32,000 nucleotides of DNA, from the NCBI GenBank assembly GCA_904419495.1, contig CAJFRV010000001.1, positions 1-32,000 of the forward strand, written 5' to 3'. This DNA is from an uncultured Clostridia bacterium (GTDB taxonomy: Bacteria > Bacillota > Clostridia > TANB77 > CAG-508). Positions 15,168 to 23,439 of this stretch are shown in pieces. A program made the translations under genes and the position numbers. A model generated the notes under the pieces. That model ran no database searches, had not been told where the DNA came from, and worked only from the letters and a program-made list of their open reading frames with translations. Each line of letters opens with the position of its first letter. Positions within the stretch are counted from its first letter, which is position 1.

Positions 15168-16547
15168 TTACAAATATAAAGTGAGGCGGAAGCCGATGTC
15201 ACCGTCGCTGTCAGCCGGACTGCAGTAGAAACGATAGGAAGCTGGATAGCCAGAACCTGTATAGCTGTAATTACCTCCTCGAAAAACACGAAAGTCAGTG
15301 TCGTAAGACTCCATTGTCCATTCATAAACATTTCCTGCTAAATCATAAATATTTTTCACATCATAATCATCACTTGCTCCGGTTGTTGTTACTTTTCCCT
15401 TCCAAGAGTTTGCATTTTCATCCTCGCTATAATTTCCTTTTCCTGTTGAATCTGCTACAAAATTCTTTTCTGCTACTAATTCTTCTGCTTTATTTTTATC
15501 TTTATATCTTGGCTCTATCCATGCCATAATAGCATCCCATTGCACTCCATAGATTAATGTACTTGTAACTGATGTATAACCTTTTTCATTTGCAAATTCT
15601 TTTGCCTTCTGCACTGCTCCTCCCGTTTCATTTGTCATATTATTACTATTTGACCAACCTATATAATTATATACATTTGCTCCTTGTTTAACTACTACAT
15701 CATCTGTAATTCCAGAACTACTTGTTCTTTCTTCTGTGCTTGCTGTTCCTGCTTCATATCTTCCTACATAAAATCCATTATGCTCTAATACACTTTCTTT
15801 CATTGCATTATATTCATCAACTTCATTTACATATCCATTCTCATATGGCTCTTTACAATCACTTAGTATTGAATCTATATCTCCATCAAAATATCCTTCA
15901 TAGGTTTTAAATGCACTATCATCTTCTACTGGCACCCATACAAATTGATTTCCTTTTAATGTTTTTGCCACTTCCCAACTTGTTCCTTTATTTTCATCAT
16001 TTGGATCATCTGATATAACTATTCCTTCTGCTTTACTTCCTCCTACATAATAAAATCCATCTGGGATTGTTACTCCTTCTACTATTGTTTCTGTATTATC
16101 ATTTCCACCATTATCTCCTACACTTGTACTTCCATTTCTATTTATCGTTACATCATATCCATCCACATTTACTGTATCTGGCAAACTCGTTATTTTATTA
16201 CTATCAGATATTGGACTTCCTTTATATGTTAAATTGTCTATCTTTTTTAGCTCATTATTTAAAGTATCCATATTAATTTTTCCATCTGTTCCTATACTTG
16301 CTGCTACTGCTAATTTTACTTGTTCTTCTGCATTTGCCCTTTTCGTATCTTCACTTGCTTCCTGTGCCTTTGTTAATATTCCATTATCTCCTGTTAGTGT
16401 TGCAATTGTTACTCCTGCTAGGATTAATAAGACAATGATTGTTATGACTAATGCTATTAATGTGATTCCTCGTTTTTCTTCTAATTTTTTTATTCTGTTT
16501 ACTTTCATCTTCATATCTTTGCTTTTTTCCTTTCTGACTCTTTCCAT
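15168..16547 (-). CDS. DGR target protein: N-terminal pilin-like signal anchor, central domain, C-terminal FGE-sulfatase/C-type-lectin-fold domain carrying the VR
   Basis: 459 aa. The N-terminus is KRGITLIALVITIIVLLILAGVTIATL. The C-terminal half carries FVWVPV, GFYVGRYE, GVQWDAIMAWI and YDLAGNVYEWT...FRVFRGGNYSYTGSGYPASYRFYCSPADSDGDIGFRLTLYL. A GGAGG RBS lies upstream. Confidence 0.9.
   Translation of the reverse strand: MERVRKEKSKDMKMKVNRIKKLEEKRGITLIALVITIIVLLILAGVTIATLTGDNGILTKAQEASEDTKRANAEEQVKLAVAASIGTDGKINMDTLNNELKKIDNLTYKGSPISDSNKITSLPDTVNVDGYDVTINRNGSTSVGDNGGNDNTETIVEGVTIPDGFYYVGGSKAEGIVISDDPNDENKGTSWEVAKTLKGNQFVWVPVEDDSAFKTYEGYFDGDIDSILSDCKEPYENGYVNEVDEYNAMKESVLEHNGFYVGRYEAGTASTEERTSSSGITDDVVVKQGANVYNYIGWSNSNNMTNETGGAVQKAKEFANEKGYTSVTSTLIYGVQWDAIMAWIEPRYKDKNKAEELVAEKNFVADSTGKGNYSEDENANSWKGKVTTTGASDDYDVKNIYDLAGNVYEWTMESYDTDFRVFRGGNYSYTGSGYPASYRFYCSPADSDGDIGFRLTLYL
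15181..15310 (-). repeat. DGR variable repeat (VR), last ~43 codons of the target gene
   Basis: 130 bp aligned to the TR without gaps. There are 22 mismatches, all where the TR has T on the + strand (A on the coding strand). The shared GC-rich 3' end ACATCGGCTTCCGCCTCAC is IMH-like. Confidence 0.92.
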
Positions 16548-17040
16548 CTAATTCTTTCCTCCTTCTTTTGTTTTTTTCTTATTTACTTTTGTTTTTTCTT
16601 TTAGCCTTTTAATTTCTTTTATATATAGCCAGTTTTTATAACTTACTGTTATGTAATTTCATAATTTGCTATTTTCATTATTTCCATTATTCTTCTAAAT
16701 ATGCACATTTCTTGCAAATTTTTATGTCCGTTTTCCTATTTTTAAAAACAAAGATATGAATTTTTCAATGTGCATATTCCGTAAGTATAACGCTAATAAC
16801 TCATATTCAAATTATACTGTAAGCATATTATTTTTGCAATACTTTTCTTATTTTTTTATATTATTTTACTGATTTCATATAATATCTTTGATTATATATA
16901 TTATGGTATAGTATAATAATTACCAATGTTGTTTTTGTTAGCATTTGCTTTTTGCATATTTTCTTCATACGCTTGCGGTCTGTCGGTTTTTAAGAATTTT
17001 TGTAATATAATGTAAATAATATTTTTATTGAGGTGACATT

Positions 17041-17379
17041 ATGCAAGAAGATTATAAAGTTGGAGAAAGAATTAGAGAAATACGTGAGAATTTAAATATG
17101 AATAGAGAAAAATTTTCAGAAATGATTGATATATCTAGTGTATTTTTAGGACAAATTGAACGTGGTGAAAGATCATTGAGTATAAAAACTTTATCAAAAA
17201 TTGTTAAATTCACAGGTGCTTCTACTGACTATATTTTATTTGGTAATGATCATTCAAATACAACCATAGATAAAATCAATCGAATTTTAAATGATTGTTC
17301 TAAAGATGGCTTAAATTTTATTTATGAATTTACTTGTTCAATTAACACATTTTTAAAAACTGAAAATAAAAAATTATAA
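17041..17379 (+). CDS. XRE-family helix-turn-helix transcriptional regulator
   Basis: GERIREIRENLNMNREKFSEMIDISSVFLGQIERGERSLSIKTLSKIVKFTGASTDYILFG is a classic HTH_XRE (Cro/CI) domain. GAGGTGA RBS. Confidence 0.85.
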   Translation: MQEDYKVGERIREIRENLNMNREKFSEMIDISSVFLGQIERGERSLSIKTLSKIVKFTGASTDYILFGNDHSNTTIDKINRILNDCSKDGLNFIYEFTCSINTFLKTENKKL

Positions 17380-17470
17380 TTATAAAGGGGATACATTTCC
17401 TCTTTTTTTATACAATATATTTCTTTAATTTTTAATAAATGTATACAATTTTATTTTTAAAAATTTTATT

Positions 17471-18190
17471 CTAAATTAATTTTTCAGCCAATGCTAATTG
17501 TTCTTGATTCAAATTAAAATTTTGTCCATTATTTTTTATTAAATTATGTATATTTCCTATTATTCTTGCTTGATTAATAATTTCTTCTAATGGAGCAAGT
17601 GTTTCTAATATTTTTTCTATTTTATTATATTCTTTTTCCATCTTTCCAAAATTTTTATCTTTGAAATTTTCCTTCCAATTATTCATGTATTTTTCAATAT
17701 TTTCTACTTCTATATTTTGTTCTTTAAATTTTTCTTCTATATTGTGTTCCACACTATTTAATATAATATCTTTTCCTTGTTTTATAGTATTAGCAATATT
17801 ATAATTTATAATTCCTTTTTTATTTACTTTGTCAACTACTGTATCCAACAAAGAAGAAATACCATCAATTAAACCTCCTGTTTCAATAGCATTTTGCATT
17901 TGTGAAATAGATTCAAAATTTCCTGTAAATATCCCTATAGCACTTTTACCAATATCTATTGCATCCTCTATTGTTTTTGTTATTCCATCTTTCAGTCCGT
18001 AATTTAATAAATTATCTTTTATATTAATAATTTGTTCATCAATAAAGTCTGGTAATAATGCTCTTATTCCTATATCAATTGCTGTATTTATTGTTTTTCC
18101 TAATGTTGTTTCTAAAAAATTTGTCTGTTCTTCTCTAATTTGTATTTCATTATTTAAATTTATTCCATTGTCTATTTTATTTATTTCCAT
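17471..18190 (-). CDS. Hypothetical protein (239 aa from the Met preceded by AAGGAG)
   Basis: The ORF track gives 17471-18217. I prefer the ATG at 18190 (MEINKIDNG...) because AAAAGGAG lies 8 nt upstream. It is helical (..TNFLETTLGKTINTAIDIGIRALLPDFIDEQI..) and I recognise no family with a known function. Confidence 0.6.
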   Translation of the reverse strand: MEINKIDNGINLNNEIQIREEQTNFLETTLGKTINTAIDIGIRALLPDFIDEQIINIKDNLLNYGLKDGITKTIEDAIDIGKSAIGIFTGNFESISQMQNAIETGGLIDGISSLLDTVVDKVNKKGIINYNIANTIKQGKDIILNSVEHNIEEKFKEQNIEVENIEKYMNNWKENFKDKNFGKMEKEYNKIEKILETLAPLEEIINQARIIGNIHNLIKNNGQNFNLNQEQLALAEKLI

Positions 18191-18224
18191 ATAAATTACT
18201 CCTTTTTTACTTTTCAATTTTTTA

Positions 18225-18440
18225 TATTTTTTTAATTAATAATTATTAACATTTTTATGTTTTTTATTTTTAATTATTATTTTATTATTGTTAATATTTT
18301 TTATGTTTTTTATTTTTTAATTATTATTTTATTATTATTAATATTTTTATGTTTTTTATTTTTTAATTATTATTTTATTATTATTAATATTTTTATGTTT
18401 TTTATTTTTTAATTATTAATTATTAATTATTTTATTATTG
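18225..18440. repeat. Tandem repeat, 46-bp unit, about 4.5 copies
   Basis: The landmark ATG within ...ATTTTTATGTTTTTTATT... recurs at 18257, 18303, 18349 and 18395 (period exactly 46). The units are nearly identical. Confidence 0.75.
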
Positions 18441-18649
18441 TTAATAATTTATAATTTTTTTAAATTTTAATTATTAAATATTTCTTTCTTTTTTAATTTA
18501 TTATAATATTAATTATTTCTTATATAATTATTTAAAATAATATCTATCATATAATTTTTTTATGATGTATTTTTTGATATTATTTACTCTTCAAGATAGT
18601 TTTTATTTTTATTTATTCATTATCATTGTTAAAATCATTCAATATTATT

Positions 18650-21600
18650 TCTAGATTATGTATACTAGGATTTTTAATTTTTTTATATTCTTTTATTTTT
18701 ATAAAATCCAGCTTTTCTTTTATTACGTAGGACTTTCTATCATTATTATTTATACTAATTCTATATATTTTTTTGTTTGATTCTGTATGTTTTTATTTTT
18801 CATGTAAACTTTTATATTAAAATGTTTTTAATAAAGTTCCTTTTTATATTTGTATTTTTTACTAAAAAATTTTGTTCATCTTTCATAGATTTTTAACTCT
18901 CTTATATTTATAATTTATATATATTTTTTTTAGTTAAACTTATATATTTTATAATTATTATTAATAAATTTATTTTTGGGATAAATAATAATTATTTAAA
19001 ATTATTTTTTATTCTTTTTATTATTATTTTATTTTTAAAATTTTTAAATATTTTAAATTCATTTTTTATTCAAATATTTTTATTTTTTTGTAGTAAATTT
19101 TATTTTAAAAAAATAAAGTTTGTTATATTCATTTTTTATTTTTATTATTAATATTTTATATTTAATTTTTAATTATTTTTTCTATTATTTTTTATTTATT
19201 TTATAACTCTTCATTTTATATTTTTATTAGCTTTCTGTTTTATATTATTCTCAAGATCCAATGTTATAAATTTATTTGTAAGTTTCTTAATAACTTTCTT
19301 TTTCTATATATATTTTTTTATAAATAAAAAATTTTATTTGTACATTATGTATACATAAATATTTTATCAAACTTCTATCTTTTATTTTTAATATATATCC
19401 GCAATCTCTCTTTTACGTAGCTTTTCATTTTTTTATATTTTTATTTATCTTTTAATTCTTATTTAGTTTTTCTATATTAGAAATTCTTATCGGTAAACTT
19501 CTATATTTCTTTTTATTAAAATTATTTTTTGAAACTTCTTTTTGTTTTTTCTCCTTGTTTGTTCTTTAATTTCTTATTTAATTTTTTTTATTTATTTTCT
19601 TTTCTAATTTTTTTAATTTTATTTTATTCGTTAAAAAATATTATTTTATTAATATTTTTATATTTTATTTATTTAACTGTTTTATTTAATTTTTTATTTT
19701 TTAATTTCTTTCCTATTTTATATTTTAATCTTTTTTATAAAAATTTTTATTTTCTAAAAATAAAATTATTTATATTTAGTTTTTTTATTTTTTATTTCTT
19801 GTATTTATTTTTTTATAATTAATTTTAATCATTTATTTTTTTTATTACTTTTTATATTATCTCTAATTTTATTTCTTTAATCTTTCCTTTTATATTTTTA
19901 TTAAATTTTTCATTTTTATATTATTTTTTATGTCTAATCCTATAAATTTATTTACTTATAACTTCACTAATAACTTCCTTGGTTTTCTCAAATAAACTTA
20001 TTCAAATATTTTATTTCTATATTATGTATATATAAATATTTTATAAAGCTCCTATCTTTTATTTTTAATACATATTCCTAATCTCTCTTTTACGTAGGCT
20101 TTTCATTCTTTAATATTTTTATTTATCTTTTAATTTCTATTTAATTTTTCTATATTAGTAATTTTTATCGGTAAACTTCTAAATTACTTTTTTTCAAAAT
20201 TCATTTTGTCTTTTCTTCTCGTTTGTTGTTTAATTTCCTATCCAATTTTTTTAATTTTATTTTATTTATGAAAAACATTTTTTTATTAATATTTTTTATA
20301 ATTTATTTATTTAATTTGTTATTTTTCTAACTTTTTATGTTTGAATATTTTTTTATTTAAACATTTTACTTTTTAATAATAAATTTCATTTTGCAAAAAT
20401 AGAATTATTAATTTTTAAATTCTTATTATTTACATTTATTTTTTTATAATTATTTTTTATTTTTTTAACAATAACTTTTATTTTTTTTAATTAAAATTAT
20501 TTATATTCAATTTTTGAATTTTTATTATTTATATTTATTTTTAATAATTAATTTTATTTTTTTATTATTATTTTGTAATTTATTTTGTAATTTTTCACTT
20601 TATATTTTCTAATTTCTTTTTTTTATATAATTTTTTTATAACTAATGCCATAAATTTATCTATTTAAAAATTTGCTATTAGCTTTTTCTTTCATTTAGAT
20701 ATACTTATATAGATATTTTATTTAGACATTATGTATACATATTTTTTTATCAAACTTCCATCTTTAATTTTTAATACATATCTCTATTCATTTATTTACG
20801 TAGTTTCTTCGTCTCTAATTTTTTTATTCGTTTCTTGTTCTTTATTTCATTTTTTCCATATTAGTATGCTTTATTGGTAAACTTCTAATTTTCTTTTTGT
20901 AAAAAGTAAAATTGCTTTTCCCATAGTTCATTTTGTCTTTCTTTTTTTTCTGTTTTCTAATTCCAAATGTATCTTTTAATCTTTTTCTTAATTTTATTTC
21001 TATTAATTATTTTATTTATTTAATTATTTTTTATTTTCTTTTTATTAATTTACTTATTAATTTATAAAATATTTTAATATATAATTTTTTTCTTTTTATA
21101 AATTTCTTCTTATTTAATAATTATTTTTTATTATATATTTATATTAATTAAAAATAAAATTGCTTTATTTTTGATTTTCATGCCTTACTTTTTAATTTTT
21201 ATTTTTACAAATTTTAAATAATTTTATTTATTAATTTTTATTATTTATTTTTATTGTTTATTTTTGTATATCTATTTATAATTAATTATTTTATTATTTT
21301 TTAATATTTTTATTAGCTTTATTTTTTATAAAATTAATAAAAAACTTTTTATAGATTTTTTTCATATATTTATAGACTCTTAATTTTTATTTTTGATTAT
21401 GTATACATTCTTCTGTTGTTGCTTACTTTATTTTTTCTTTCCTTATCTTTTATTTTTCCATTTCTATATAGTATTTTAGATTTTACTATTATAATTATTT
21501 TTTTACTTTTAAATTATTATTTAATTTTTTTATTTTAACGTAAACTTTTATTAATATATATTTTCTTGATTTTTTGTTATTATTTATATTATTTTATTTT

Positions 21601-22140
21601 TATCAATATTTAATATAATTAATTATTTATTTTATTTTTATTAATTTATAATTTTTAATAATTAAATATTTATTTTTTTATTACTTTTTTATTTTAAATC
21701 TTTAAATCTATTTTTTATTAAATTTTTCTGATCAAATAATTATCACTACTTTTTTTCTTTTATTATATATTTTTTTTAATAAATTATTTTTTATTTAATA
21801 ATTTATTTTATTATTATATTTATTGATTTTTTGTAAAATTCCATTTTAATTTTTTTACTAATTATTTCTTACAATTATTTTTTGAGTTTTTATTTTTGCA
21901 TACATATTTTACTCTGGTTTAAATTGTTTCTTTTTTCTTATTTATAATCTTCTCTTTTTTAACTTTATTTCTGTTTTATGTTTACTCTTTCTTTTTCATT
22001 TTATAATTTAACTTTCTTTTCTCATTTTCTGCTTCATCCTTTTTTACGTAGTTATTTACATATTTATCTTTTTACTTTTTTGCTAAAATTTTTTCTTTCT
22101 CTAATGTTTTCTTTTCTATTATTGGTAAACTTTTATTTAA
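18650..22140. repeat. Degenerate higher-order tandem array, about 6 units of roughly 590-710 bp, in an ORF-free ultra-AT-rich tract
   Basis: Co-linear landmarks recur in the same order. ATTATGTATACAT-like sites sit at 18655, 19344, 20021, 20728 and 21397 (degenerate at 21897). TACGTAG sits at 18724, 19414, 20091, 20797 and 22045. GTAAACTT sits at 18804, 19493, 20171, 20877, 21540 and 22125. Units 1-3 align by eye over more than 400 bp. Confidence 0.7.
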
Positions 22141-22362
22141 GTATCATATTGTATATATTTTTTCTCTTTAATACTAAAAACTTTTTCTTTCTTTTATCTT
22201 TTTCTACTTTTATTTTTTTAATAATTAATTTTTATGATTATTTTACTTAATCATATTTTTATTTATTATTATTAATTTTTTTATTATTTACTTTCTATTA
22301 AATAAATTATAAAAATTTTTTTAATTTTATTTTTGTATTTTTTAATATATATTTTTATTTTA

Positions 22363-23439
22363 TTAATTTATTAAATTAATTATTTTTATTTTATTAAATT
22401 TATTTTTTAATATTATTTTATAAAAATACTTTGATATATTATTTTTTTGATAATTTAAAATAATAAAATTTATTTTTTTATCTTTATTTAAATTCTTATT
22501 TAATTTTAATAAATTTTCTTTATTATTTTCCAATACTATTATGTTATTATTTTTATTTTTTATATAATTTTTATTTATATTCATATTTTTATATTCTATA
22601 TTAAATATTATATAATTATTATTTCTATTATATTTTTTTATTATTTTTTTTAATATTGCTATTTTTATTAAATTATTTCTATTTTCTAATATTTTATTTA
22701 TATTTATAATTTTTTTAAAATTTTTATTTATTATTTTTTCTTTTAATAAAAATTTTAATTTTGTTTTTAAATAATATTTATTTTTTATTTTATTTAATTT
22801 TATTGTTTTTTTATTATTTATATTATTTTTAAATTTTTTATTTCTTTTTTTATTATTTATTTTCAAATTTATTGTTATTACTTTTTTATTTTCAATAATT
22901 AAATTTTTTATAATTATTAATTCTATTATTTTTTTGTCTATTTTACTTTCTCCAAAAATACATATATTTTTATTGGTCGATATTTCTTCTTTTTTATTAT
23001 ATATTATTCTATTTTTTATTTTATTTATTATTATATTTAATTTATTATTTTTTATTTTATTTTTTAATTTACTATTTTTTTTATTTTTAATATTATTATT
23101 TTCTTTTAATTTTTTTATTAATTTATAAATACTAAAAATATTATTGTAATAAATATTTTTTATATTATTTTTAATTAATTCTGATTTTATTTTTTTATTA
23201 TTTAATATAATAATTATTTTTATTTTTTTGTTATTTTTTTTTATTTGTTTTATTAATTTTATAAAATTTATTTCCCCGGGAATTTTTTCACTAATAATTA
23301 TACTCTCTATTTTTTTATTATTTTTTATTGTATCTAAAATTGCTTCTCTATATAAAATATTTTTATTTTTTATTATTTTATTTTTTATCATTTTTCTTAA
23401 TATATTTTCTTCATATATGGCTGTCACAATTTTAGTCAT
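22363..23439 (-). CDS. Lys/Asn/Ile-dominated hypothetical protein, translationally coupled to the VirB4-like gene
   Basis: A 358-aa uninterrupted ORF in sequence where stop codons should be frequent. Its ATG overlaps the VirB4 stop (ATGACTAA) and AAAGGAG lies upstream. The N-terminal ~60 aa have more normal composition (MTKIVTAIYEENILRKM...ILYREAILDTI). Confidence 0.5.
   Translation of the reverse strand: MTKIVTAIYEENILRKMIKNKIIKNKNILYREAILDTIKNNKKIESIIISEKIPGEINFIKLIKQIKKNNKKIKIIIILNNKKIKSELIKNNIKNIYYNNIFSIYKLIKKLKENNNIKNKKNSKLKNKIKNNKLNIIINKIKNRIIYNKKEEISTNKNICIFGESKIDKKIIELIIIKNLIIENKKVITINLKINNKKRNKKFKNNINNKKTIKLNKIKNKYYLKTKLKFLLKEKIINKNFKKIININKILENRNNLIKIAILKKIIKKYNRNNNYIIFNIEYKNMNINKNYIKNKNNNIIVLENNKENLLKLNKNLNKDKKINFIILNYQKNNISKYFYKIILKNKFNKIKIINLIN

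Noticed and set aside
15140-16551. Short ORFs overlapping the DGR target (15140-15331 minus; 15314-15529, 15722-15910, 16067-16276 and 16234-16551 plus), plus 13476-13757 opposite the RT and 14854-15063 across the hairpins
   Set aside because: They are out of frame or antisense to genes with clear domain signatures. Their His/Leu/Phe-rich composition is typical of antisense artefacts.
19529-19822. + strand ORFs in the AT-rich tract and opposite the K/N/I ORF (19529-19822, 21978-22250, 22934-23128, 23228-23479)
   Set aside because: These are Phe/Leu/Ile-only translations of a T-rich strand, where stop codons are rare by composition. None has an RBS, and two of them are antisense to a better-supported gene.
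18218-22362. CRISPR array as an explanation for the periodic repeats
   Set aside because: The units are ~590-710 bp (and 46 bp head-to-tail at 18225-18440) with homologous 'spacers' rather than short identical repeats separated by unique spacers. There are no cas genes.
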